The translations under genes were made by a program, and so were the position numbers. A stretch of 64,000 bases of DNA from Pseudomonadota bacterium (GTDB lineage: Bacteria > Pseudomonadota > Gammaproteobacteria > Burkholderiales > SG8-39), in NCBI GenBank assembly GCA_025352885.1, contig JANXRZ010000235.1, forward strand, positions 1,856 to 65,855, given 5' to 3'. Under the pieces are notes generated by a model. It had not been told where the DNA came from and made no database searches. It worked only from the letters and a program-made list of their open reading frames with translations. Below, one piece after another: positions 53,858-63,574 of this stretch. Positions within the stretch are counted from its first letter, which is position 1. Every line of letters begins with the position of its first letter.

Positions 53858-54631
53858 TTGACCCCCTCCAGCCGCGCCGCTCTATCCGCGGTCATCATCA
53901 CGAAGAACGCAGCATGCAGGCTCGAGACCTGCCTGTCCTCCATAAGCTTCTGCGATGAGATCGTCATCGTCGATTCTGGTAGCTCCGACCAAACGCGCGA
54001 AATCGCGAAGACTTTCAATGCGCGGGTGATAGACAAGCCGTGGCTTGGCTTCGGACGCCAAAAGCAGTTCGCGGTAGATCAGGCCAGCCATGACTGGGTG
54101 CTTTGCATTGACGCAGATGAATGGGTGTCGCCGGAACTGGAAACGAGCATCAAGGCCGCCCTTGCTCAACCTGTCGCGCCGGTTTATCGGATGCCCAGGC
54201 GCAATCGCTTCCTCGGTCGATGGCTTCGACATGGCGAGGGCTATCCGGACTGGAGCCTGAGGCTCTTCGATCGTCGCTCGGCGCGCTGGAGTGATGATGC
54301 GGTCCATGAGAAAGTGCTTTATGCCGTTACCCCCGGGACCCTGGACGGGGATCTGATGCACGAATCGGCAGAAACGCTGCGCGACTACCTCGAGAAGCAA
54401 AACAATTACACGACGCTTGCGGCGCAACAGCTGTTCGAGCGAGGGCAGTCGACAAATGCCTTGCGGCTCCTGGGCAGTCCCTTGGTGCGGTTCGTAAAAT
54501 TTTATGTGCTTCGCTTTGGCTTTCTCGACGGCATCCCCGGGTTCACTCACACGATCATCGGGTGCATGAACAGCTTCGTGAAGTACGCGAAGCTTGCCGA
54601 GCTCAACCGACTGCCGATCAAGCCGGCCTGA
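53858..54631 (+). CDS. GT2 LPS core glycosyltransferase (WaaE/KdtX-like)
   Basis: IITKN, VDSGSSD, GFG.QKQFA, IDADE, VHE, GFLDG..G. Confidence 0.9.
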   Translation: MTPSSRAALSAVIITKNAACRLETCLSSISFCDEIVIVDSGSSDQTREIAKTFNARVIDKPWLGFGRQKQFAVDQASHDWVLCIDADEWVSPELETSIKAALAQPVAPVYRMPRRNRFLGRWLRHGEGYPDWSLRLFDRRSARWSDDAVHEKVLYAVTPGTLDGDLMHESAETLRDYLEKQNNYTTLAAQQLFERGQSTNALRLLGSPLVRFVKFYVLRFGFLDGIPGFTHTIIGCMNSFVKYAKLAELNRLPIKPA

Positions 54632-54673
54632 GATGGACATTCACACATTCTGCTCGGCAGTTAGGAGAGACTC

Positions 54674-55273
54674 ATGATCGCCCTCAATGCCAGCGAAATC
54701 CTGGCTTACCACGACGCATGCCTGCAAGCAGTCGGATGGCCCAATGAGCTCGAACCCCGCCATGCAAGTGGTGAATGGCAGGTGATCGAGCTCAACCACC
54801 GGTACAACTGCCGGCTTTGGAACGAGGAGGACCTTGCGAGGCGAACAACGGTTGCAGATAGCGAGATCGCCCGGAACAAACGTGCAATCGACGGCTTCAA
54901 CCAGAAGCGCAATGACGCTATCGAGCGGATCGATGAGATTCTTCTCGAGCGCTTTTCGTCGATCGAGAGAGGGGTGGGCGCAAGACTGAATTCTGAAACG
55001 GCGGGCTCGATGATCGACCGTTTATCGATCCTCAGCTTGAAAATTCATCACATGGGCCTCCAGACGGCGAGAGCGGACGTAGATGAAGCCCACATTTCAG
55101 ATTGCCGGATTCGCGTCACGCGCTTTAAAGAGCAGCTACGAGACCTGGCAGGTTGTCTTGACAGGCTGCTGGCTGAGACCGCGCATGGTGACGCGTGGTT
55201 CAAGGTCTACCGGCAGTTCAAGATGTACAACGACCCTAAGCTTAATCCCGCTGTTTACGGTGAGAAGCGCTAA
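54674..55273 (+). CDS. DUF4254-like all-helical protein
   Basis: SD AGGAG; N..LWNEEDLARR, KR.ID..NQ.RND.IE.ID, NSET.GS.IDRLSIL.LKI.HM, FKVYRQFKMYNDP.LNP. Confidence 0.85.
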   Translation: MIALNASEILAYHDACLQAVGWPNELEPRHASGEWQVIELNHRYNCRLWNEEDLARRTTVADSEIARNKRAIDGFNQKRNDAIERIDEILLERFSSIERGVGARLNSETAGSMIDRLSILSLKIHHMGLQTARADVDEAHISDCRIRVTRFKEQLRDLAGCLDRLLAETAHGDAWFKVYRQFKMYNDPKLNPAVYGEKR

Positions 55274-56286
55274 CGGGCAAAGGCGCAGAGCTTTTCGAAC
55301 ACCACGTCATCCGCAAGTTCCTCGACACTGGTCGGCGCCTCGAGGTACGAAGCCTTGAATCCCTTTGGACCCCATTGACCCGGGCTTGGGGAAACACTGA
55401 TTTCTGCAAACAAGCCGACGACGCCGCCAGGACTCGCCGCCGCAAAATGCATCAGTCCGCTATCGGGGAATATGCTCGTGCGCGCGCTCCAAATAAGGCC
55501 AAGCGCCTCCCGAATGGGCCCCCTGAAGGCGTGAATGTGCGGCAATTTCTCATCCAGTACCGGTTGGGCCACCTCGTCATCGCCCGGATAAAGCGGGCTG
55601 TCGGCTCTTCCCGGTGTCCACATGAACACCGTGTCGAGTCCCCAATCGTTCTTGAAGCGGTTACACCAGCGAACGATTTGCAAAGTGGTCGGTTGCTTCT
55701 TCGCCCGGCGCGCACCTAGACCGAGAACGACGAAGCTGCCAGCGGACAAGCCGCGCTCCTCCAGCCAGGTGCGAGCAAAAGCCGCCGCTTCGGAAGGAAG
55801 CGCATAGCTTGGGAACAGCGGCTCTGCCGGCGACTTGATTCCGAGCGGGGCCAACATTGCAAGCATCCGGTCGGATTCGTGCACCTCCTGCCGAATCTCG
55901 AGGGGGTCGGACAACCGCGGGTAAGTCCTGGGGTTTTCGCAATACGCGATGCATCGTCGCCCTCCGACGGCAACGCCCCGCGCGATTGCGCGCGGTGACT
56001 CCGCGCCGTTCGCCACGATGACCCAGTCGAATTTTGCCCGGCGAAGCGAAATGTCCTGCGCCAGGTGGTTCAACGCCGCTGACAAGCTCACCCGCCCACC
56101 ATGCCTCACCCGTCGATAAATCCAGCGCCGGTCTATCTCCGGACTGCCGTCCACGACCCAGGCGTTGTAGTCGTTTGCAAGCAAGTGAATTTCCGCGGCC
56201 GGCATACTCGAACGCAAGTGCCTTAGCATCGGCGTAGCAAGCAGCAGGTCTCCCAGCTTGTCACGCTTGATGACGAGTATTTTCAC
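55270..56286 (-). CDS. GT9-family glycosyltransferase
   Basis: LVIKRDKLGDLLLATP, HES.R, DSGLMHFAAA; WTPG......YPGDD insert. Confidence 0.88.
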   Translation of the reverse strand: MKILVIKRDKLGDLLLATPMLRHLRSSMPAAEIHLLANDYNAWVVDGSPEIDRRWIYRRVRHGGRVSLSAALNHLAQDISLRRAKFDWVIVANGAESPRAIARGVAVGGRRCIAYCENPRTYPRLSDPLEIRQEVHESDRMLAMLAPLGIKSPAEPLFPSYALPSEAAAFARTWLEERGLSAGSFVVLGLGARRAKKQPTTLQIVRWCNRFKNDWGLDTVFMWTPGRADSPLYPGDDEVAQPVLDEKLPHIHAFRGPIREALGLIWSARTSIFPDSGLMHFAAASPGGVVGLFAEISVSPSPGQWGPKGFKASYLEAPTSVEELADDVVFEKLCAFAR

Positions 56287-57307
56287 GCTGCGAGAGTTCG
56301 GAAAGCCGTTCGATTTTGTGTGCTCTCAACGGGCAACCGGCAGGCGTGCCCTCGAGTAAGGGGGCGGAGTTCATGCCGGAAAAGGCGCTGACGGCTGCAT
56401 CGATGCACACCGGCGACATGCACGACTTTTCTTCGCAATGCGCGGCCCCGAGGACGGAAAGGCGAATTCCGATTGAGCCGTCCTGCGCAGGCATCATGTT
56501 CTTCCAAGGCTGGGTCGGACCGTAGATGACAGTCGCACGAATTCCCATGGATGCGGCGAGATGATAAAGGCCTGTATCCGTCGAATACAGATGGGCCAGC
56601 ATGCTGAAGCCACTCAGCAAGTCCGACAGGGCCGGAAAGAAGCTGAATTCGGCATTTTTCGGCAAGCCCGCCGCAATTAATTCTGATGCGCCACGATCTG
56701 TCGAATTGATGAATACCTTTACTGGGGCACCTGGATGCCTCGCGAAGATGGCACTGAGCAACTTCGACAATGTTTGCGGCGACATGATCCGTCGCGGTTC
56801 ATCCGCGAGGGGTGCAATCCCGATATCAGACGCAGGCCGGCATCGGATCGCCGCCAAGCTCGGCACATTTAGGGAATGAGGCTGACGCAAAGAAGGCTCG
56901 AAAATTTGCGCAACTCGCCACATCGGCTCGGACTGGAGCCTTTCGGGGGACAAGTCTCCGTATTCGGGATACAGGTCGGAATACCTATCATCCACGTAGA
57001 TTTTTCGTCTGGCCTTGACCAGGCGACCGATCAACCTGATCGGCTTCCCGAATCCCCATAGGACCAGCAGCGCATCGAAGGCTCTGGTAAACCGCAGCCT
57101 GAGAAGGAGAAGCAGCATGTCAATGCGGTTCGAGAACCCAATTACCCGCATCCCGGTTTCTTTCGCGAACAACCGGGCGTAGTTAGACCGGGTTAGAAGC
57201 CAGATGTCATCGGATGGAAATGCATCCGCATAGCATCGCACCGTAGCGTAGGCGATCAGCGTGTCACCGAGTTTTCCACGGATGACGAAGAGGACTCTGC
57301 GTGACAT
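56261..57307 (-). CDS. Divergent GT9-family glycosyltransferase
   Basis: GKLGDTLI, STDTGLYHLAASMG...IYGPT, C-terminal Cys cluster; start reassigned to MSRRVLF. Confidence 0.82.
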   Translation of the reverse strand: MSRRVLFVIRGKLGDTLIAYATVRCYADAFPSDDIWLLTRSNYARLFAKETGMRVIGFSNRIDMLLLLLRLRFTRAFDALLVLWGFGKPIRLIGRLVKARRKIYVDDRYSDLYPEYGDLSPERLQSEPMWRVAQIFEPSLRQPHSLNVPSLAAIRCRPASDIGIAPLADEPRRIMSPQTLSKLLSAIFARHPGAPVKVFINSTDRGASELIAAGLPKNAEFSFFPALSDLLSGFSMLAHLYSTDTGLYHLAASMGIRATVIYGPTQPWKNMMPAQDGSIGIRLSVLGAAHCEEKSCMSPVCIDAAVSAFSGMNSAPLLEGTPAGCPLRAHKIERLSELSQRENTRHQA

Positions 57308-57347
57308 AAGGGTCGGACGATTATAATCGCTCCTCTCCAGGCCCCAG

Positions 57348-58631
57348 GTGGCGATGCGTTTGCTTTCCTTCACGATTCCCCGGCCCGCAGTTTTTGCGAA
57401 ACCGGCACACCTTGAGATCGTCGCACTCTGTGCATTTGCGTTCGTGCTTCCGCAATTCGAAGCGCCCAAGAACGCACTATGGCTGGTTTACATCGTGCTA
57501 TGGATCTCCAATCGTTGCCACGCCCGGAATTTCGGCGGACCGTGGGACACATGGGATTCGCTTATCTTTGCCTGGATTTCTTCAGGGTATGTATGCGCGG
57601 CGTTTTCTGGGCTTCACAACGCTGAATGGGCTTCAGCTGCGGACGTCCTACGTTACGGGAGCGTCCTTTGGTGCGTACGCCGCTCCGGGTATAAGGAAGA
57701 GACTTTTCAGCAGGTCATCACCTGGCTGTTGTTTGGCACGCTCGCAGCTCTCTTAAGGGGCTATTACGAATTGCACTTCAACCCCCGGGCTGATGGCCAG
57801 CGTCGCTACCTGGGCCTCAATTCGGTCGGCCACGTCAATCACAGCGCCATTTACCTGGCGATTGCCTTAGGTGTCGCGGTCAGTTCCTTACTGGCATGGT
57901 GGCGTTCAGATTCAAACAAAACCCGCACCTTGCGGCTCGGCGTCAGCATGGCGTTTGGCTTGTCGCTTTTTGTCATGGAAAGCCGCGCCACCGTGGGCGT
58001 TTCATTTTTGCTGTGCATATGCCTGTTCACCGTTTTCCTTTGGCGCGGAAACGCCCCTATTTGGAAACCGCTGGTGGGTGGGATTGTGGTCCTCTTGGTT
58101 ATAGGTCTGTTTCGCCCAGAGGTTGTGGAAAAAAACTCCCAGCGTATTAAAGAAGATAATTTACTGGCCGCTCGGGAAAACATCTGGCGAACGGGTTTCG
58201 CGGCTTGGCGCGAGTTCCCCGCCTTCGGCGTAGGCATTGGGAATTACGGAAAAATCGACTATGAGCACCTCGAGCAGTGGAAGAAATCCAAGGGCGAGAC
58301 GCTCGATCGCTCCCTTGTACTGCCCCAGTCTCATGCGCACAGTCTCTATGTAAACACTCTTGCAGAGCGCGGTGCCACCGGGCTGTTGGTTCTCCTACTT
58401 GTCTTGGGCGCCTGGGCGAGGTTGCTGTGGAAAACCGTTCCCTCGGCGTCAGAAAGCCCCATTCGCTGGACCTTTTGGGGCGGCTCGCTTTCGGCCTGGC
58501 TCGTGGCGGTGCTGGTTGGGTTAGTGAACACGACCCTGCATCATGAGCACGCTTTGATAAGCATGCTGCTGCTCGGAGGGTGGCTGTCGCTGTCACGTCC
58601 TCCGTTGCGCAATATCGAAGTTCGCCCCTGA
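57348..58631 (+). CDS. O-antigen ligase family protein (WaaL-like)
   Basis: Multiple TM segments; SRA, R..IW......P.FGVG.GNY, HAHS.Y...L.E.G..G. Confidence 0.85.
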   Translation: MAMRLLSFTIPRPAVFAKPAHLEIVALCAFAFVLPQFEAPKNALWLVYIVLWISNRCHARNFGGPWDTWDSLIFAWISSGYVCAAFSGLHNAEWASAADVLRYGSVLWCVRRSGYKEETFQQVITWLLFGTLAALLRGYYELHFNPRADGQRRYLGLNSVGHVNHSAIYLAIALGVAVSSLLAWWRSDSNKTRTLRLGVSMAFGLSLFVMESRATVGVSFLLCICLFTVFLWRGNAPIWKPLVGGIVVLLVIGLFRPEVVEKNSQRIKEDNLLAARENIWRTGFAAWREFPAFGVGIGNYGKIDYEHLEQWKKSKGETLDRSLVLPQSHAHSLYVNTLAERGATGLLVLLLVLGAWARLLWKTVPSASESPIRWTFWGGSLSAWLVAVLVGLVNTTLHHEHALISMLLLGGWLSLSRPPLRNIEVRP

Positions 58632-58641
58632 AAGCCGGATC

Positions 58642-59793
58642 GTGCAAGTCCATCAAATCAATCTCCAGCCTGCCGTTGGCGGTGGCGAGGTGTACACGAG
58701 ATGGTTCTCCAGGGCGCTGGCCGACGCAGGTGCAAGCGTATTTTTGTACGTACATGAGTCCAACCGATTTTGGGACGGATTGGCCTCCGATCGAATCCGG
58801 GTAATACAAGTGGATGGATGGCAAGAGGTCATCGACCGCCTTCCATCGCATCGCAGCGTAGTCATCACCCAAAGCCGGATACCCACCGACCTCGCTATGC
58901 GAACGGCGCAACTCCATTTGCTTACCGGCTTTGCGCACATGCCAATGATCGGACGCAGCGCCGAAGAGTTCAGGCGATATGCAACCGTCTTCACAGTGTC
59001 CAGGTACTGTATTGACCTGCTTCGTGAATCCGGCATTTCGTCGGTTTATCCACATGCGCTGTACGGCACGGGCATACTCGATCGCGTCGCCAGTCGCGAC
59101 ACGGCGATCAAGCAGAAGTCCGCCTACCACTGGGACATGCGAAAAGGGCGCGACCGCCTGCTGGCGCTTGCCGAGCGCATTTTAGGCAGTGGCCGAAGCC
59201 GCGAGCCTTTCGATAAAAGAGCAGGCTTAACGCTTGGCATCGTGTCCCTGCTTTCACCCATCAAACAGTTCCCGATGCTCTTCGACATTATTGCGCCCCA
59301 CCTCGCGCAATATTCGCAGGTAAACCTGGAAATCTTCGGAAGTGGCGGTTATGCGCAGGTCCGCGATCTCAAGCGATCATTGCTGCCGATGACGGGGCGT
59401 GTGAGGTTGTGGGGTTATCACGAGGACGTGGAGAACATCTATCCGCAACTGGACTACCTTTTGACCGGCTTGCCTGAGAAGGAAGCGCTGGGCCTGAATG
59501 TTCTTGAGGCGCAGACCCTGGGAACGCCGGCATTGGCGCCCGCTGCTCCGCCTTTTACGGAGACGATCGTCCACGAAGCAAATGGCTTCCTGTATCGGGA
59601 CCCTCGAACTGACGGCGGTGTGGGGTTCAACGAGTTGATTGCTTCCATTGTGGGCGGGCGGCCTCGACCTGATCCTTTAAGAGCGGTCGAACACCTGGCT
59701 AAGTTCTCTTACGAGACAATGGTTGAGCGGGCTAAGCTCGTGATTGCGCATTTGGAGCGCTCTCTTAGTTCATCGCCCCACCATCTTGGATAA
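58642..59793 (+). CDS. GT4-family glycosyltransferase
   Basis: GGGEVY, TVSRY, EALGLNVLEA (EX7E), ETIVHEANGFL. Confidence 0.85.
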   Translation: MQVHQINLQPAVGGGEVYTRWFSRALADAGASVFLYVHESNRFWDGLASDRIRVIQVDGWQEVIDRLPSHRSVVITQSRIPTDLAMRTAQLHLLTGFAHMPMIGRSAEEFRRYATVFTVSRYCIDLLRESGISSVYPHALYGTGILDRVASRDTAIKQKSAYHWDMRKGRDRLLALAERILGSGRSREPFDKRAGLTLGIVSLLSPIKQFPMLFDIIAPHLAQYSQVNLEIFGSGGYAQVRDLKRSLLPMTGRVRLWGYHEDVENIYPQLDYLLTGLPEKEALGLNVLEAQTLGTPALAPAAPPFTETIVHEANGFLYRDPRTDGGVGFNELIASIVGGRPRPDPLRAVEHLAKFSYETMVERAKLVIAHLERSLSSSPHHLG

Positions 59794-60796
59794 CGTCACC
59801 TCTATCCTGGTAATTCGCCGGGATAACATCGGCGACCTCGTTTGCACTACGCCGCTTTTCTCCGCCCTTCGAACAACCTATCGGAACGCATGGATCGGGG
59901 TCCTTGCAAACACCTATAACGCTCCGGTACTTGAAGGTAACGCCGACCTCAACGAGGTTTACGCATACAAGAAGTCGAAGCATGCGAAACATGGCGGTGG
60001 AGCGCTTCAATCGCTAACTTCTCGAATAACTCAACTCGTGGAGCTCCGAGCCAAGAAGCTTGACATTGTTGTGGTCGCTTCAGGCGCAGAAGATAAACGC
60101 GCGGCACGGGTCGCGAGGCTTTTGGCACCAAAGCACATCGTCTTATCTTCAACAGCCGCCGTTGGACAGCACGAGGTGGAACGGACGTTTACAGCCGCAC
60201 GTAAGCTGGGAATCAAAGACGCAATTCCTCCCGTGCACGTAACTTCGCGTGCGGGCGCCAGAGAAAGAGTGGGAAAAGCATTCGAGACCGCGGGGCTGGG
60301 ATCTTTTCGCCATATCATAGCGATGCACATCAGCGCGCGGCGACTGAGCCAGCGATGGCCAGCGGAGCACTTTGCCCAGTTGGCGATCGAGCTCTTTGCA
60401 CGACACGGTGCCGCGACAGTCCTCTTCTGGTCTCCAGGCCCGGACAACCATCCGCAACACCCGGGAGATGACCGGAAAGCGAATGACGTAATTGATCGCG
60501 TTGCCGGAAAGGCGCCATTGATCCAATGGTCGACGGCCGATCTTGGAGACCTGATAGACGGCCTGGCAGGCTGCGATGTGGTGGTCTGTAGCGACGGCGG
60601 CGCAATGCACGTCGCAGCCGGGCTCGGGAAACCGATCGTCTGCCTATTTGGAGATTCTCCGATTGAGCGCTGGCGTCCGTGGGGTGTTCCGCATGTCCTG
60701 CTCAGGCCGGAAACAGGCAAAGTTGAAGATGTCCTGCTCGAGACGGTTCTAGGTGCCGTCGCGCCATTTTTTGAAGGTCATGGGTTAGCTGCGTAG
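59786..60796 (+). CDS. GT9-family glycosyltransferase
   Basis: ILVIRRDNIGDLVCTTP, HEVE, WSPG......HPGDD insert, SDGGAMHVAAGLGKP, W.PW; start approximate (TTG). Confidence 0.88.
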   Translation: MDNVTSILVIRRDNIGDLVCTTPLFSALRTTYRNAWIGVLANTYNAPVLEGNADLNEVYAYKKSKHAKHGGGALQSLTSRITQLVELRAKKLDIVVVASGAEDKRAARVARLLAPKHIVLSSTAAVGQHEVERTFTAARKLGIKDAIPPVHVTSRAGARERVGKAFETAGLGSFRHIIAMHISARRLSQRWPAEHFAQLAIELFARHGAATVLFWSPGPDNHPQHPGDDRKANDVIDRVAGKAPLIQWSTADLGDLIDGLAGCDVVVCSDGGAMHVAAGLGKPIVCLFGDSPIERWRPWGVPHVLLRPETGKVEDVLLETVLGAVAPFFEGHGLAA

Positions 60797-61719
60797 CGGG
60801 AAACGTACCACGCTGCGGTTTCCGCAAGACCTTCTTCCAAAGTGCGGATCGGTGTCCATCCGAGTTCTTCCCGGATTGCCGTGTCATCCAATTCCAGCGA
60901 TCGGGTAAGGCGCTTAATCGTCTCTGCCCTGCCGACTGCCAAGCCGATAGCCTCGAGCAGCCGAGGTGGAAACGGAAAAAGACGGGCCGGCTTGGACAGC
61001 GCGAGAGCCATCGCACGGACGAGCGATGGCGTCGATATCGGCGGGCCATCCGTCACGTGATAAGTACGATTCTGCAGAATGGGTGAATCCAGGCAAGCGA
61101 GGATCGCAGTCGCAAGATTGTGGACGCCGATCAGGCTGCGGCGATTCTGGATGCGGGAAAGGGGAAGTGGCAGCCGGTGCTCCACCGCAGACAAAAGCGC
61201 GAGAAAGTTTGCCTTCACTCCCGGCCCATAGACAAGCGGCGGCCGGATGATTGTGACCTGCATTTTTGAGTGCAATTCGGTCAACGCTTGCTCCGCACGG
61301 AGCTTCGAGGCCGCATACGCATCCGTTGGCTGCGCCGACGCAGATTCAGACAGCGCTTGCATGCCCGATTCATCCCCAAGCACTTTTGAAGTGCTTAGAA
61401 ATACGAAACGCTGAACGCCGGCCGAAAGCGCGTCTCGGGCAAGCTTAGCTGTGCCATCGCTGTTTTCCAAGAAGTAGGGTGACGTATCCCCGCCGGCAGC
61501 GAGATGCACCCTGGCAGCCAAATGGACAATCGCATCCACTCCGTCGAGCAGGGGTCCCCAGTTGGCTGATGGAGTCAAGTCCGGACTTCGCACCGAGGCG
61601 ACATGGTCCGGAGTAATGGGCTGGCGAGAAGCCGCTACGAATTCGTTTCCCTTCGGATTCGCCCCTAGCAAAGCGCTCGCGACAAATCCACTCGCGCCTG
61701 TTACGAGGACGCGCTTCAT
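60778..61719 (-). CDS. NAD-dependent nucleotide-sugar epimerase/dehydratase
   Basis: LVTGASGFV, HLAARVH, YAASK, RPPLVYGPGVKANF, NRRSL. Confidence 0.9.
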   Translation of the reverse strand: MKRVLVTGASGFVASALLGANPKGNEFVAASRQPITPDHVASVRSPDLTPSANWGPLLDGVDAIVHLAARVHLAAGGDTSPYFLENSDGTAKLARDALSAGVQRFVFLSTSKVLGDESGMQALSESASAQPTDAYAASKLRAEQALTELHSKMQVTIIRPPLVYGPGVKANFLALLSAVEHRLPLPLSRIQNRRSLIGVHNLATAILACLDSPILQNRTYHVTDGPPISTPSLVRAMALALSKPARLFPFPPRLLEAIGLAVGRAETIKRLTRSLELDDTAIREELGWTPIRTLEEGLAETAAWYVSRYAANP

Positions 61720-61720
61720 C

Positions 61721-62683
61721 TCATTCCCGGGATCCGCCCTCGGCGATGGACAGCTTGCGCGCGAAAACGCTTAATAAGAACCAGAGCACACTCATGGAAG
61801 GAATGAACAGGTGCAGGTAAACCTGTCTGTAAAATATTTCGTGGACGGCGGAGGGATCAAGCGGATTCCCTTGCAGACGCGAGCGCGTCAAGCTCGATGC
61901 CATTCGCCCGTCCCAGCTCAGCTTGTCAAATACGGTCAGCGAAGACCCCACCAGCGGAAGATAGTTCCTGAACAGCAATTGCTTGTCTTCTACGACTCGG
62001 CCGCTTTTAATATTCGCCATTGTCGCCTGCCCGGAATGCCGGCGAATGCGGCAGAGCGGTTGACGCTCGAACACAGCGGTGCCCTTTCCCAGCAGATGCA
62101 ACCACATTTCCAGATCCAGGCATTGGCTGAATCTACCGTCGAAGCCGCGCCGCGCCGCTTCGCGCCTGAACAAGACTGCGCTTGGTTCGCCGATCACGTT
62201 CCCACGGGCGAAACAGCGACGCGCCAACTGCTCCCGATCAATTGGATTTCTCAGATCCGGCAGCCAGGCAGTGCTCACCTTTTCCAACGCGACGTCCGTG
62301 ATTACCCGGCTGCATGCGGCAAATGCAGCGCCGGGATGGGCGTGCAACTCGTTCGCTAGCGCTTCGACACAATTTGCCTCTAAAGCGTCATCTGAGCAGA
62401 GCACCATCACAAATTCACCTTGGGACTGATCAATGCAGGCGCTGAAATTGGCGGCCATGCCTATATTGCGCGTATGACGGAAATACCGAACCCTCGGATC
62501 TCCCCCGGCGATTTCCGCAATCATTTGCGCGGTTGCGTCGGTCGAATCATTGTCGAGCACAAGGATCTCGAGGCGCGCGTAGGCTTGGCTCATCGCCGAA
62601 CGCAACGCATCGCCGATGACCTTCGCATCATTGCGCGTGGGTATGCACACGCTTACGGAAGGCGTTTCAGGTGACTGAGTCAT
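61721..62683 (-). CDS. GT2-family glycosyltransferase
   Basis: VSVCIPT.N, LDNDSTD, NIGMAANF, CSDD, IGEPSAVLFRR, DLEMW. Confidence 0.88.
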   Translation of the reverse strand: MTQSPETPSVSVCIPTRNDAKVIGDALRSAMSQAYARLEILVLDNDSTDATAQMIAEIAGGDPRVRYFRHTRNIGMAANFSACIDQSQGEFVMVLCSDDALEANCVEALANELHAHPGAAFAACSRVITDVALEKVSTAWLPDLRNPIDREQLARRCFARGNVIGEPSAVLFRREAARRGFDGRFSQCLDLEMWLHLLGKGTAVFERQPLCRIRRHSGQATMANIKSGRVVEDKQLLFRNYLPLVGSSLTVFDKLSWDGRMASSLTRSRLQGNPLDPSAVHEIFYRQVYLHLFIPSMSVLWFLLSVFARKLSIAEGGSRE

Positions 62684-63567
62684 TCCGGCGGCCCGAAGAA
62701 GCCTTCGGGCGCTTGCATGCGCTCCTTCCCGTCTGGCCACCGACGCCAAGCCATGTACGCCAGCCGTTCTTGCAATGCGCTGCTTCCGTTTGCATACGCC
62801 CGGGTTTGATTGTCCTCCACGAGCAAGTTGTCCTGCGCAGCACACCAGAACGTGCCCGAGTTAGCCCAGTCGGACGATTCGTAGCCCTTTCCATCACGCC
62901 CGACAACCACCGTCCTCAGGCCCGCACTTGCCAACTGCCGCGTCATGCCCTGAAGGCCGCTCTCGAAGCGATACGCATCCCATTTTGAAATGGCACGCGG
63001 GTGATGTAATCTCTGGAAGATCTCCCGGCGTACGAGGAAGGCGTTCGTACGCAAATGTGGATTCGGATAAACCGGGAAGCGTCCTTTCGCACTGAGGAAG
63101 TATCGCGCATGCCTTTTCAACGTGAGCATCAGTCGTTTGGGCTGCATACGTAATGAAGCGCGCATTTCAACTAAATCACTAAGAATGCTTTGGTGCGAGG
63201 CCGTGGCCCCGACTGCTCCTACGCCTGACGCCTGTAACTGCCGGCACATGAACGCCAGCCATCCGGGTGTAGTGATCTTTGAAAATGAATTGAAAAAAGC
63301 GAAGTACTTGTAGGGACAGGCGTTTGCAATCTCACGATAGGCGCCAATGTCAAATCCTTGATCAACGACGAACTTGCGCTGGTGAACGATGCCTTGGAGC
63401 ATCGGCTCGTATTTTGCTAATTGGTGAGAGCCCGAGAACCCTTTAAAAATAAGCAACAGGTCGTGCTTTTCACCGGCTGAGTGGCGGATATATGAAGCAA
63501 TGAAGTCTTGCAATGCCTCAGGTTCGTTGGTTCGACGCACCAGATGCGCGACACAAAGATCGCCCAT
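62680..63567 (-). CDS. Hypothetical polysaccharide-biosynthesis protein (RgpF/GT-A-like motifs)
   Basis: D.GFDIGAY, FFNS, VG.VGA, PHLRTNAF, FESG..GMT; between rmlD and a GT2 with ATGA coupling. Confidence 0.6.
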   Translation of the reverse strand: MGDLCVAHLVRRTNEPEALQDFIASYIRHSAGEKHDLLLIFKGFSGSHQLAKYEPMLQGIVHQRKFVVDQGFDIGAYREIANACPYKYFAFFNSFSKITTPGWLAFMCRQLQASGVGAVGATASHQSILSDLVEMRASLRMQPKRLMLTLKRHARYFLSAKGRFPVYPNPHLRTNAFLVRREIFQRLHHPRAISKWDAYRFESGLQGMTRQLASAGLRTVVVGRDGKGYESSDWANSGTFWCAAQDNLLVEDNQTRAYANGSSALQERLAYMAWRRWPDGKERMQAPEGFFGPPE

Positions 63568-63574
63568 CCGTTTA

